From: Tricharina praecox
Lineage: Eukaryota
Direction: 5' to 3'
Length of the DNA stretch: 64,000 nucleotides
Assembly: GCF_024521635.1 (NCBI RefSeq)
Contig: NW_026250411.1
Coordinates: 620,001-684,000, forward strand
Part shown: piece after piece, positions 50,856 through 64,000 of the stretch
How the letters are laid out: the number at the start of each line of letters is the position of its first letter
Position numbering within the stretch: the first letter of the stretch is position 1
Program-made: the position numbers and the translations under genes
Notes under the pieces: generated by a model
Seen by the model: the letters and a program-made list of their open reading frames with translations, nothing else
What the model was told of the DNA's origin: nothing
Databases searched by the model: none

Positions 50856-51869
50856 TTTTCCGACCTGGAGACCTCCATTGGCTCTCCTCCGCTTCTTGCC
50901 GCTGCCCAAACAGTCAAACAGTCATCAATCCCTTTCCGAACGGGAGACATCCATTGGCGCTCCCCCCATCTTGCCACATAACCCTTCCGTCCACAGGTTC
51001 TTGCTGTCCGTGATGGGGCGATCCAGCCAGTCGCCATCCAGCCAGTCGATATCATAATCCTTGGCCCTGAACAACCAGTCCGACGAATCCGGTTTGACGA
51101 AAGACGAGCCCGATATATAGTGGAGTCGTAGATACTTGCTTGCAGGCTGGTTCCAATTCACCTTCCCATGCGCGTGAGAGACGGCCACTCTTGACACGGA
51201 ACATCGCAGGTTTCTCGAGCGACTCCGCGGTAAACCGTAAACGTGCACTCCTCAAGTGACCACCCGTGGGGTAGGTCGTCGTTATATCGGCCAGAGAGAT
51301 GGAGTGCAGGAACCTAGAGACCTGCATTGGCCACCACTGTTCAGACCGTTGAACGGACAGTCGATATCCTCCGCCCGTAGTTAGTTGTAGCTATCTCCGG
51401 CACCACCATCGAAGCGCTGCTGCTGGAGGGATGAACCGAGATGTTGACGGGCTGCGGTCGATATGGATGGAACTGTGGTGTGTGATGCATGGTAGGTATT
51501 GGGTTGCGGATGGTCGAACAGGCTAGGAAAGGCTATATGATGTATGTAGCCCGTGACGAAGGCTAGCTCGGAGGCTATTCAACGGCACGTTGACCACATG
51601 TCGCCGTAGTTAACAGCCCAGCTCTGTCGATTACTGCTCTTTGGTAGTAAGTACATGGCCCACCTATGCAATTTCTAGCATCCAGGCATGGTATGTAGAC
51701 GGATCTCCCATGCAGAAGCCATATCAAGTGCCAAAGACGTGTGGGAGGGACCGCCCTATGGCTGCTAACTATCCACGGTTACACGGACCCTGTTCCTGTA
51801 GGACTGTCCGTGGTGCTGCATATGACAACCCCCACAAACCTGCACAGCACCCCGCAGTCGACCCCACGC

Positions 51870-53663
51870 ATGCCCATCCGCCGCACCCTCATCGCCAGAG
51901 CGTCACCGACCGCAATCCTCCTCACCACACGACGCTACAGCACCACCACCGCCGCCACCACCACAACCACCATGGCGTCCACTCCGCGAACCTACGAAGT
52001 CTCCCTCCCTCGCCCTCGCACTCCCGCCCCCTCCTCGCACTGACACCCAACGCAGGACGCGATCCGCACGCTCAACACGCTGCAATCGAACTTCGCAGTG
52101 ATATCCGCGATCCGGGCGTCGGGGGCAACTATGAACACCGCCGCAATCCCGGAAATGATCGAGTGGGCGCGGCGCATCGGCTACTCCCCCTCCGACTTCA
52201 ACTGTCTGAACATCATCCACGTGGCGGGGACAAAGGGCAAGGGCTCCACGTGCGCATTCGCGTCCTCGATCCTATCTGAGTACCGCCGCGCAGGCGTCCT
52301 GCGGAAGACGGGGCTGTACACGTCGCCGCACCTGCGGTCGGTGCGGGAGCGGATCCAGGTCGACGGGCGGCCGCTGGGCGAGGCCGATTTCGCGCGCTAC
52401 TTCTTCGAGGTGTGGGAGCGGGTGGAGGCCTCGGCCGCAAAAGAGGGCCGCGACCCCAACGACAAGCCCGCGTACTTTCGCTTTCTCACCCTGCTCGCAT
52501 TCCACGTGTATGTGCGCGAGAACGTCGACACGGCCGTCTTCGAGGTCGGCGTCGGCGGCGAGTACGACTCCACCAATATCATCGAGCGCCCGACCGCCAC
52601 CGGGATCACGAGTCTCGGAATCGACCATGTCGCCATGCTCGGCGACACCATCGAGAAGATCGCGTGGAATAAGGCCGGGATTATGAAAGCGGGTGCGGCG
52701 GCGTTCTCGGTCGAGCAGCCGACGAATGCGATGGAGGTCCTAAACAGCAGGGCGAGCGAGCGCGGAGTAGAGCTGAACGTCGTCGGAGTCCACCCTGAGA
52801 TCAGGGATGGATCTGCAAAGCTCGGCCTCGCCGCCGACTTCCAGATGGGCAATGCGTCGCTTGCGGCTGCGCTGGTTGGTGCGCACATGCAGGCGCTCGG
52901 TCATCCGATCAACGTCACGCCTGATGGGCCGCTGCCCGAGGAGGTCAAGCGCGGCCTGCTGAATGTGGAGTGGCCAGGCAGATGTCAGGTCATGCACCAG
53001 GGCAGTGTCGAGTGGAATATTGACGGCGCGCACACTATGGAGAGCCTTGACGTCGCGGGGAAGTGGTTCGCTGGGAAGAGGTATGTGTTTTTTGGGAACC
53101 CAGCTGCGAGTGATACAGCGAGCACAGCACTCTACTGATGCCGCCTATGTAGCGCGGAGGGCAAGAAGCCTCGGACACGAGTCCTGATCTTCAACCAGCA
53201 GAACCGCGACGCCCCGGAAAAGCTCCTCTGCGCGTTGGCCACCTCTCTCCAACAGCACCTAGGCTCCGAGCCCTTATTCGACCACGCAATCTTTTGCACG
53301 AACATAACGAGCAAAGAGCAAGCCTCCAAACCGGGTATGCCCACATCCACAGCCCACATCCACATCCACATCCACAGCCCACATCGATCCATCCAGCGAT
53401 GCTCCCGGAAGCTAACTGCTGTGGGAACTACAGACCTAATCAGCATCGGCTCCGACTCCGACGCGGTAAGCGCACTGACGGTGCAGCGCGCGCTGGCGGA
53501 TGCGTGGAAAGCTGTGGACCCGGGGGCGCAGACGCACGTGATAAGAACCATCGAGGAGGCGGTGGGAGTCGTGCGCGCGCTGGACGGGGATGTGCACGTG
53601 CTGATTACGGGGTCGCTGCATCTCATCGGCGGGGTGCTGGAGATTCTGGATCCGGCAACATGA
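51870..53663 (+). CDS. MET7: Folylpolyglutamate synthase; alternative in-frame starts at 51870 and 51972
   Basis: RTYE-DAIRTLNTLQSN, IHVAGTKGKGSTCAF, GLYTSPHL.SVRERI, YFRFLTL, EVGVGGEYDSTN, WPGRCQ, DGAHT, LITGSLHLIGG. Confidence 0.96.
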
Positions 53664-54110
53664 GTAGGCATTCTTGTATACCTTCCAAGTCGCTCGTTCA
53701 TATCATATCATCCGTGGGAGAGAGTGGTGGATGAATGGGCGGATCGATTAAGCGTCACATAAAAAAAGGAATTTATTCCTTGCTATCGGAAACAAATAGA
53801 AGAAAAAGAAAAGGAAGAAAAGAAGAAGAAGATGAAAAAAAAAAATAGATGAAAACAGATTTCCAGTACCGAAAGAACCACAGTACAGATGTAAAAACAC
53901 TTCGGGAACAATATCGTGGCAGAAGTAAGGAATCCCGAACAAGTTTTTTTTACACGCACTATAGACCCCCACCATCAAGTCCTGTCATCCTCACAATTCG
54001 TAATCATAGTTATAACTTGTCTACGTTAACGATACGCACGCACGAACGCGCAAACCGAACAAAAAGAGAATCGGACCGGACTGGATTTGGCGGGTAGGGT
54101 AGGAAGGAAT

Positions 54111-55101
<991 letters not shown>

Positions 55102-55609
55102 GTTTGCTGTTTGTCTAGTGTTTACTGTTGGCGGTGGTGTTTACTGTTCTTTCCTAACTGTTGATATTCCTCCGTATAGTGGTGGTGGTCGTTGTCGTTG
55201 TCGTCCGTTCGTTGCTTGCGGTGGCAGTCGGGTCGGGTTGTGTGATGTGATGGGGTGGTGCGGTAACTAAGGTGAAGGTTGAAGGGGGTAGCAAGTGACA
55301 AGTGTGGCAAAGCAGGAAGAGTTGGATGTTGCCGTGAAGTGATGTGATGGGGTGGGATCGATTGGAGTTCACTCTACCGTTGCGCGACGGACAAGACAAG
55401 ACGAGCCCCCTGCTCTGCTCTTGAATGCTGCTCTGCTCTTGAATTGCTGCTGGTTCTGTTCTTGCCACGAGGGCCTGATCGGGGTATCTTATCTGATCTT
55501 GTCTTATCTGATCCTTGGAAGGTGGAAGGTTGAACAGCGAGTGAGATGTCGTGGTGAAGGTGGAGAGCAATATGGAAATTTGATTCCAAGCTTGAGTAAA
55601 GAACAGAGC

Positions 55610-56260
55610 TCCCACGAGTCTACAACATCCGATGTCAATAGGTACATAGAGCACTAGCACGACTCTATTGTGTTTGGTTAGCGCAGCTTTCTGGAGTCTG
55701 GGCATCTCGAAACCGCCTCCACTACCCTCCTCCTACACAACCACCGTCCTGTTAAAGCTGTACTATATAGCGCCCACGAGTCTGCGGGCATCCAACGTCA
55801 ATAGCTAGTAGCTGGCACGATTCCGCTGTGTTGGGTTGGTGCAGCTTTTTGGAATCTCGAAACCACCTTCACCACCCTCCCCCCCCCACACAACCACAGT
55901 CCAGTTAAAGCTGTACTGTATAGCGCCCACGAGTCTGTAGCATCCAAGACTTCAATAGTTACTAGCACTATTCAGTTGGGTTGGGCTGGAGCAGCATTTT
56001 GGACATCTGGACATCTCGAAGCCACCCTCACCCCCCGTCTTCACCACCACAACCACCGCCCACAACTCCCGCCCGGTTGAAGCTGTACTATATAGCGTCC
56101 ACGAGTCTGCCATCTTCAGCATCCGCGACATTAATAATTAGAGTACCGGCACGATCCTGTTGTATTGTGTTGTGTTGGATTGGGGCAGCTTTCTGGACAT
56201 CTCGAAACCACCTTACCCCCGCACAACCACCGTCCAGTTAAATCTGTCCTGTATAACTGC
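55610..56260. repeat. Diverged tandem array of about 150-195 bp units (about 4.5 copies) upstream of SAR1
   Basis: Recurring blocks GCAGCTTT..GGA.ATCTCGAAACCACC / CACAACCACCGTCC.GTTAAAGCTGTACTATATAGCGCCCACGAGTCTG start near 55683, 55841, 55991 and 56185. Confidence 0.9.
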
Positions 56261-57540
56261 CTGAGAACAAACAACCTGTCCGTTCATTTTCCATGATCCG
56301 CCCTACGCACCCTCCGTCCTGTCCTGTCCTCTTACCCGCCGTCCTGACCTCGTTCTATCCTATCCTATACCCCGCCCTGTGCCCTCCAGCGATCCGTTGG
56401 CATAGGCATAGGTACCATACCTGGTACGTCTCGGCATCCCGAAGTAAGCCAACCCGTTCGTTCCGCGTGCAGCCATAAGTACCCGTCGATTAGACTTTTC
56501 GTACCCGGCGCAGTCGGGTTCCGAATACCACCACTACATACCACCAGCACTACTCACTTGCCGTGCCGTCAGGTCAACTAGGTAAGTACATTATGTATAT
56601 ATCACATCTCCTGCTGCGGCCAAAAGGGCCATGTGAAAGTGAAAGTGAAAGGGACATGAACCAGTTGATCTCTCGATACTGGACCGTATAGGTGCATAAA
56701 CTTCCGCCAACAGTCCCCTGCATCACCACCGAACCACCGAACCACCCGATCGACGACCGCGACCGGCCGCGATCATCAATCACCAATCAGATATTACCCG
56801 AAAGAGTCCCGACAGTTCTGACAGTCCCAAACATACAGTTCCAAGCACACATGCCAAATCACGCACATCACATCACGATAGTCCTGCCTCAAGTTGATCA
56901 ACCCGAATCCCATTCTCGGAGTATGTAGTAGGTACTAGTAGTAATCTATCATCCTCGCGCCGTTCCCATTTCCATTCCCATTCCCATTCCCATCCCGTTC
57001 CCAAATCCCTAGGAGCCCAGTCGAGTCTTTCACTTTCCTTTCAAAAAATAAAACCCCCGCCCTGCAACTCTCAGCCAATCCCACCGTCCCATTCCCATTG
57101 CCCTTTCCCCAACTACGCCCTTTCCTTTTCCCACGACACAAATACAAGAAAAGTAAACTTCAATCCCAGGAGGAGAGTATAGTCAGTGCCATCTCTCCCC
57201 TCCCCCCCCCCCCCCCCCCCCCCGAGGAGGAGGAGGAAGGTCGATGAAGTGGAAGAAATACAAAAACCATATACCAAATCGAAGAACTGAGACTCCGTTG
57301 AAAGAGAAAAAAAGGAGGAAGAGAAAAAAATATAAAAGCAAACACCACCATGCAAACCCATAAGAAAAAACAATAGAAATAAAACAAGGCTATTTAGAAA
57401 ACCCATGAAGAAGAAGAAGAAGAAGAAAAGGAAAGCAAAACAAAAACACCAGACCCCGATCATCATCTAATCGTGACAAGACAAAAAAAATACCGTCAAG
57501 TATGCACAAGAAACCCCTCAGAGAAGTAAACGGATTCCCT

Positions 57541-59685
57541 TCAGGCGGAGATCACCCAGATCGGACGGGCTCTTCCTTTGCCGCAGATCTCGAGGCCGAG
57601 CTCCCTCATCTTCTCGACACCCTCTCCGGCCTTCCACAGACCGTCCTTGTCTTTGCGGTTGAGGCGTGCCTTTCTGCGTTCGCGCTTCTTCTCCAATCCT
57701 TTGAAGATGTCCATGGCTCCCCTACGGATGACCATCGGCCGGGTGGCCTTCTGGGGCGAGCCCGCAGCGGAGTTGATCCTGGACGAACGTCCGGTGCGGC
57801 GTGCGATGCCGGAGTTGCGAGGAAGGGACCTCGCCCTGACGATACTGTGTCCGGACTGGAACGTCGTGCGGCGACGAGGCGGCGCAGGCGATAGAACCCT
57901 GCTGCTGCGACGAGACATGGGAGGCGGTGAAGTATGCCTGGACCGAGACCGAACACGGCGAGTCGGTGCAGGTGACTGACCGAGTGCGGTTCGGCGAACC
58001 GGTGCCGGTGAATGCACACGACCACCGCGAGTGGGAGAGTGATCCTTGATGCCGCGCATCTTGCGTCCCCTGCTCTGGTTGCCGTCCGATGAGCTGTCGT
58101 GGTTGATCCTGGTGACCTGTCGGAGTTCCGGTTCGTCCTGCTCGGAATCCTCCATGTCGGACGTGGGGAAACTAGGATCGATATCCTGAGGAGTGGCCTT
58201 GTGCTTGGAGCGCTTCCTAATTTCCAGGGCGGATAGGTATGCATCCTCCAAGGGCTTATCCTCGTCGAATGTTCCACAGACAAAGTCGGTGCTGTCGGGC
58301 AACTCGGGAGTTGCAGAGCGGATGCGGCGAGGCGAGGTACCGTGGTTCTTATACGACGATTCCGAGATGCTGCGGTCGCAGATGGGACGTGCCGGAATCA
58401 GCATGGGCGGGTGAAGGTCGAAGAAACCTTCATCATCCGAGTCGTCTTCGGCAAAGCCCTCTTCGTCGTCCGTCTCATTGCCGCTCTCGCCGTCGTAGTC
58501 ATCCTCAGAGTCGTCTTGGTCGTCGTCGTCATCATCCTGATCTTCCAGATCCTCATCCTCATCGTCCATCAGTGAATCATCGCCGTTCTCCTCCTCGTCC
58601 TCGTCATCCTCGTCGTCATCATCCTCCAAACCCTCCTCCTGCATCGCCTCAGCCTCAGCCTCCTCGCTCAACTTGCGGATATCCATCTCCTTCCTGAGCA
58701 GATCATCAACCCTGAGCAGCCTCGACTTGTCGATGGGAAAGTTCGTCCACGAGTCGGCTGCGTTCTCGGAGTCGTAGAGCTGTCGCTCGGGGTACGAAAC
58801 CTTCATGGCCACGGCAAAGCTAACCGGCTTGCTGGCGATTGAAGGATCGACACCGGTTGACGCTGCGACACGCATAGTCGGGCGTTCGAGGGCAAAGTCG
58901 ATGTGCTTGGGCGCTGGCGGATGAGAACTCAGCGGACGAGCGACCTGCTGCTGCTGCTTTTGGGGCTCTCCGCCACGCTGAGTGCAGACGAATGTCAGGG
59001 CCGAACTCTTCTTCTTGGGTATGACCGGCTCGACGGGCTGTTTCTTGAATTCCTCGGGCTTAGCAGTGGCAACCTCTTCCTCGGATCCCCGTCGAGACAA
59101 CTGTCCACCGGAGCAGGCAAAGGTGATGAGACGCTTCCTTCCGAGTCCTTCGACCACATCGTCCTTATCAGTGACGACTTCGATCCGCTTGTGGCCGCTG
59201 TCGAACGCGGTTGCACGCTTCTTGCCGCCATGGTGCATGATCCCGGCAATTCCTGCGAGATACATGGGTGGTGGCGGGCTCGGCGTGTTCGCTCGGGAAG
59301 GACTGGTCATACCGGCGTCACTCATCAGGTCCGCAGTCGATGCACCGCTGGTATTGCTCCAGATGGAAGTGTTGGACATTCCACGCTCCAGGAGGGGGGC
59401 TTCCGGATGGTCGACGGGGCCAAGGGTAGGACTCGTGAGTAGGGCTCTAGTCAGGAGCGATTCCTTGTGGGAGGGGAGCTCGTGTATCGAGTGTTTCGAG
59501 AATTCTCCGTCGGAGAAGGAGCCATGGCGGAGAGTGTTGTAGAAGGCGAGCGTCCTTTCGTCGGGTTCGTCGGCCTCGTCGGCGAGCTCTTCGTCGTAGG
59601 TCGACTGGAGGTTTGCCGTATTCGAGGTTGGTAGGTTGTACATTCGAAAGGCGTGGCGAAATATTGAGTCGTGTTCCGAAGACAT
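57541..59685 (-). CDS. Conserved fungal protein of unknown function (acidic tract, S/P/R-rich; often labelled 'extensin-like')
   Basis: Intronless ORF of about 714 aa from ATG 59685. Blocks ESLLTRAL, ATPELPDSTDFVCGTFDED, PQDIDPSFPTSD, G.G.EKMRELGL, WVISA*. Confidence 0.85.
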   Translation of the reverse strand: MSSEHDSIFRHAFRMYNLPTSNTANLQSTYDEELADEADEPDERTLAFYNTLRHGSFSDGEFSKHSIHELPSHKESLLTRALLTSPTLGPVDHPEAPLLERGMSNTSIWSNTSGASTADLMSDAGMTSPSRANTPSPPPPMYLAGIAGIMHHGGKKRATAFDSGHKRIEVVTDKDDVVEGLGRKRLITFACSGGQLSRRGSEEEVATAKPEEFKKQPVEPVIPKKKSSALTFVCTQRGGEPQKQQQQVARPLSSHPPAPKHIDFALERPTMRVAASTGVDPSIASKPVSFAVAMKVSYPERQLYDSENAADSWTNFPIDKSRLLRVDDLLRKEMDIRKLSEEAEAEAMQEEGLEDDDDEDDEDEEENGDDSLMDDEDEDLEDQDDDDDDQDDSEDDYDGESGNETDDEEGFAEDDSDDEGFFDLHPPMLIPARPICDRSISESSYKNHGTSPRRIRSATPELPDSTDFVCGTFDEDKPLEDAYLSALEIRKRSKHKATPQDIDPSFPTSDMEDSEQDEPELRQVTRINHDSSSDGNQSRGRKMRGIKDHSPTRGGRVHSPAPVRRTALGQSPAPTRRVRSRSRHTSPPPMSRRSSRVLSPAPPRRRTTFQSGHSIVRARSLPRNSGIARRTGRSSRINSAAGSPQKATRPMVIRRGAMDIFKGLEKKRERRKARLNRKDKDGLWKAGEGVEKMRELGLEICGKGRARPIWVISA

Positions 59686-62600
59686 TGCGGCGGAGGGGGT
59701 GTGGGGCGGCAGAGGGGTATATAGTCGTTGATTACGTGAGAATACGACTAAGTAAGTACCACGGCAACACACGGTCCAGGATTTTTTTTCTTCGGTTGAC
59801 GAAAATAAGTAGGAGAAGGAGCCCCAACTAAGTACTTAGTATTAAAAGGGTCGACCGTTATTCCGAATGGGGGATTCGGCGGAGAGTGTCGTCACCGTGC
59901 AGAGGGGATCCTTGGTGTTCGGGAAGGGGTGGTGGGAAGAGGGGGAGGGGGTGTGGTGGTATTATACGTATGGGTTGTTGTTGTTGTGGTAGGGTATGTG
60001 AGTCGGGCTGTGGATATGATGATGTTCTGGCAGCAGGCCAAGGCGAGTAGAGTGTGTGGGGGGTGAAAGGGAGGCTGAGGCGCAGCAGGCAAGCCAGCTC
60101 GATGGATGTATAAAGGATCGAACCACAAGAAGGCCTCTGTGAGGGCTGGTGCTACGGCGGAGACTTTTTCTTTCTTTTCGTTTTGCAGCGGATGGCGGGC
60201 ACGGTTAGGTATCTGAGCGTGCGTGTTCCTGCCGATCGAAGCCGTGGCGGGAGAATACGTGGGACTGCGTGGACTAATCAAGAGGCAGACGACGAGAGGT
60301 CGATCGACTCCAGGAAAGGCAGCGGGGGAGAAGGGGGGGATTATTGTTACAGTCGTATACGTCCCATGATGAAAAGGTCTTCAAGATGGGGGTGGTGGTT
60401 GTGGTGGATGGGGGGGGGGGTGTCGAATTGCGAGGAGTGGTCGATTAAGCGGCGGTGAAGCGAAAATCTCTCAGGGCCGCTGACCGTCGTTGGCTGGTGC
60501 GGTGGTTTGGTTTATTTCTTTATTTCTTCGCGGGTTCTCTTTTTCTTCGTTTTTTCTTCTTTGTTACGAGACAGACACGAGATGAGTGCGGGGTTTCGAG
60601 TGTGTTGACCGGCTGGATGGGAGAGCGATGAGAGGCGGATTGCTTCGTTTATTTTCTTCTTCTTGGAGGATGACGATTGGGATGTGTTGGGTTGGGATGG
60701 GTTGGAGGTGGAGGTGGAGGTGAGAGGGCTGGCTAGCTAGAAAGAAGCGGGCGGCGATGGAGGGATTTTGAACGAAGGTTGGACGGCAGTGACAGCGCAG
60801 AAGAGCGAGGGGGGTGGGTGGGCAGTGGGGTTTGTGGTTTGTGGTTTTGGGGGGAAGCGGACAGGGACAACAATCGGCAGCCGCCGCAACAGGAAGAAGA
60901 AACGAGCTCAGAGACGCGGGAGTGGGAGGGGGGTGAGGCGGCGTTGGCTTTGGGGGGGTGTTCGGGGACGGGGGATGGGGGATGGGGGGAAGTGTTTTTT
61001 CTTGGGGGGTGGTGGAGGGGAGTGATCAGCTAGAGTAAATAATTGAAGTTCGGTAGATACGAAAGAAGGCAAGTTAGGGAAAGACAGGAGGGCGAGCATC
61101 GATGGGGATAGCGCGGTGGGGGGTGGAAGGGAAGGGGGGAGGGGAAGGGGGGAGGGGGGAGGGGGGAGGAGGGAGGGGGGAGGGGGAAGGAGGGAGGGGG
61201 GAGGGGGGAGGGGACGAGTTGAAGGCGAGAGGATTAAGCGCATTGTCTAACCGGAAGGAACAGGTGAGATCGAAAGGCAAGAGACAGGGTCCGCACCTCT
61301 TCCTCCCTTTCTCTCCGTGTCGATATGTCGAATATGCTCACCTTGCTCGGGATCGATAGATAGAGGAGGATAGGCGAGACGAGACGAGACGGGGAGAGGG
61401 CAGCCAGCCAAGGAGACGGTCGGGCGCAAGAGACACTGCAGACTGCACAGTTGCCAGGGCAGGCAGTGGGCAGAGAGAGGCAGCGAGCGGTGGTGGTGGG
61501 CAGCGGTGGGCGGTGGGCAAGCAGCGGTGAATAGGCAGTGGCAGGCAGCAAGCACCAAGCAAAGCAACCAAAGCAACCAAGCAGCGGAAATCCGCGAATC
61601 GACCACACCACCACACCTCCACACCCAATCAATCCAACCCAAGTTGCCCAACCCAACCCAACTTAACACAACCCCCCCAACCCAACCCACCCCCCAAATC
61701 CAACATCCAAAATCCAAAATCCAAATCCAAACCAACCCGACCCACGCCCCACAGGCACATCCATCAGACATCGTGCACACACACAAACTCACACATCCAC
61801 ACACACACAAACTCACACATCCACACAAACTCACATCCACACAAACTCACATCCACACATCCATGATCCCATCTACCCGTACCCCCGTCAGCTAGGTTAG
61901 AGTGGTCGCGAGTCGCGGTGGTGGTCAAGATGGTCAGGGTAGTCAGGGAGTCGGGTGGCTGGATGGATGGATGAGTGGATGGATGGATGGATGGAAGTCT
62001 ACATGCTAGGTACTCCATACTAGTAACCACCTACTCGTCCCCTCACGATCACCATCCGCACCACCACCACCACCACCACCCCGCCCGCCGCTCGCCGCCG
62101 CCGAGCAGTCGGGCATAGATACTAGTACTCTACTTAGATGCGAACAAATCCAGCACGTGGTGCACCCTGCGTTCGCGGCGGCGCGGAAACCATCGGCGCT
62201 GTCGTCGTGGTTGTCGTCATTGACCGGGTGCTCCTCTGCTCTGCTCTGCTCTACCGTACCCAGCTGCAGCAGTCGTGAGAGGCGGAGGTCATGCGCGATG
62301 TTCTCCTACACTTGTGACAAGCACTCTAGCCGGCTGGTCGACCAGTCACGTTTGTTCTGCTCTGTTCTGCGTGAGGGGAGAGGAGGAGAGGAGGAGGTGG
62401 TGGAGGGTTGGGTGCAATGTAGAGTATGCGTGTCGGTCAGCGCATGCGTGTGTGAAGGATAGACAGACGAACCACACGACGACTTGAACATGGGCCGGAT
62501 CCAAAACACTCCAGCAGAACGTGAGCACGAAGATGAAGATGCGGGACCGGATAGTAGTGGTGGGTAATGGCACGGTGTGAAACAATGTATCTAGACCACC

Positions 62601-64000
62601 CACTGCACCCAAGAAGATAATCGGACCGCCCCTCCTCCCCACCCTCCCCACCATCCAGCTTCTCCTCACGCACTGTTTCTCTCCAGGTATTCAATCTATA
62701 TCTCCATTTCATTGGGGGCGGGGAGGGGCGAGGCGGAGTCTGTCGGTCGGTCGGGGACACGCACCACGCACCGCACCACGCACCGCACCACACACGCACA
62801 CGTCGATGCGAGCCCATCGTCATGCTCTCGTTGGAGAATTGATTGATTACTATTGCCTGTACAGTACATAGAAGCAGTGATCTGGGGTTGGGGGCGATTC
62901 GATGAAGGGTTTTTTCGGCGATGACGGTGGGCCCGGGGAGATTGTTTGCGCAGGCTGGAAAGTCGTGTATAGTACCTATGGTAAGGTAAGGTGGGGCCCC
63001 AATGGGGTAGAGTATGTAGATGGCCGGCGGGGAGCCTGGGAGCTGGGGAGCCGGGGAGTGAAAGTGACCTGCCTGCTTGCCCGCAAAGACTAGAATCCCC
63101 AGAATCCCCCACAGCATCAGATCACATCCGCAGCTCAGAGTGCGGTATCGATGATACTAGTTGGCGGGTACATGAGGTATCGAAGGTACAGATGCATACA
63201 CACGATCTCATTCGAAGCTTGAAGCTCAAAGCTCAAAGCTCAAGCTCGTCTACCATACCTACTCCAGTAGATCTGCCCCTCTCCCCCCGGATCCCCACGG
63301 ATCCCCGCAGTACTGAACTGAAACGAACCACCCATCTAAACTCAACGACCCATCTGAACTGAACTGCACTGAACGGACGGTGCAGCCGTCCGTCCATCTG
63401 TCCGTCGTCGGTCCCGTCCGTCAGCCCCGTCAGTCCCGTCCATCAGTCCCGTCCATCCCATCAGTGCGGATATGAAACATCCTCAACCGACGTCCACGCA
63501 CAAGCAAACAGAATACAGAATATCGTGCAACGTATGATATCGCCACCCCGCGTCCGGGACATATGTAGGTAAAGTACGGTAGATACTCAACAACTGAATA
63601 CACCTCCTTCCTCCGCCGCCGCCACCGCTGTTGCCGCACAATTACAATCTCACGAGAACGAAAACGTCGTCGACGTTGCCGGCGTTGACGAGGACGAGCA
63701 CGAGCAACGCAAACAAAGACATAAGCAAACAAACACATGGCCCAGTACCACCACACCAGACCCACACACGCACGCGTCGTACGCCTCGAACCGTCCGTCC
63801 CCCAAAAACACCCACGACTGTGACGATAGTAACGACGGTAACGACCTTGACGAGGTTCTCGCTCCATCCGCGCCAAAACTAAACCCGAAACCGAAATACG
63901 CATCCAAGCACGCACGTTTATCGACAGGTCATTATTATCTCTCTCTCCCCGCTCTCTGTCTCTCGCTACTCTCGTGTCCTCAGGCTCCTGGGGCTCCTCC

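Noticed and set aside
50925..51327. Overlapping minus-strand ORFs between CDH1 and MET7
   Set aside because: No clear start or splice model and no recognisable domain.
55610..56260. CRISPR-like repeat-spacer array
   Set aside because: Eukaryotic context, diverged repeats, spacers homologous to each other, and no cas genes.
60114..60124. Another B-box-like match (GGTTCGATCCT, - strand)
   Set aside because: Imperfect 3' end and no tRNA context. Loose GTTCRANNC matches occur several times by chance in 64 kb (also near 14660 and 63785).

Overview
Gene-dense, intron-containing DNA from a filamentous ascomycete. Pezizomycetes-like is an inference only. I can support 27 protein-coding genes, most of them spliced, so the ORF track shows only fragments. 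Housekeeping genes: TFIIIC B-block subunit TFC3/Sfc3 (cut by the left edge), an Rdx/SelW-like CxxC protein, an Alba-domain protein, SRP54, ARC40, an ABCC/MRP transporter, SFA1, NCBP3-like, a LisH-WD40 protein, a TPMT-family thiol/halide methyltransferase, ATP16, NAT3, SEC9, CDH1, MET7/FPGS and SAR1. Also present: an AflR-like Zn2Cys6 factor, an F-box/LRR-like protein, a DUF202 protein and several hypotheticals. Most notable: (1) a perfect Pol III B-box with no tRNA around it, just upstream of the TFIIIC subunit gene, plus a weaker one in its long first intron, suggesting TFIIIC autoregulation; (2) a young tandem triplication of secreted six-cysteine effector/toxin-like genes whose middle copy is a chimera, with almost purely nonsynonymous divergence and no RIP; (3) a small spliced gene resembling Ragulator subunit LAMTOR5; (4) a PTS1-ending thiol/halide methyltransferase; (5) several unusual mini- and microsatellites. 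I recognised no tRNA, rRNA, CRISPR array or intact transposon. All homology calls come from motif recognition, not database searches, and exon boundaries were read by eye.
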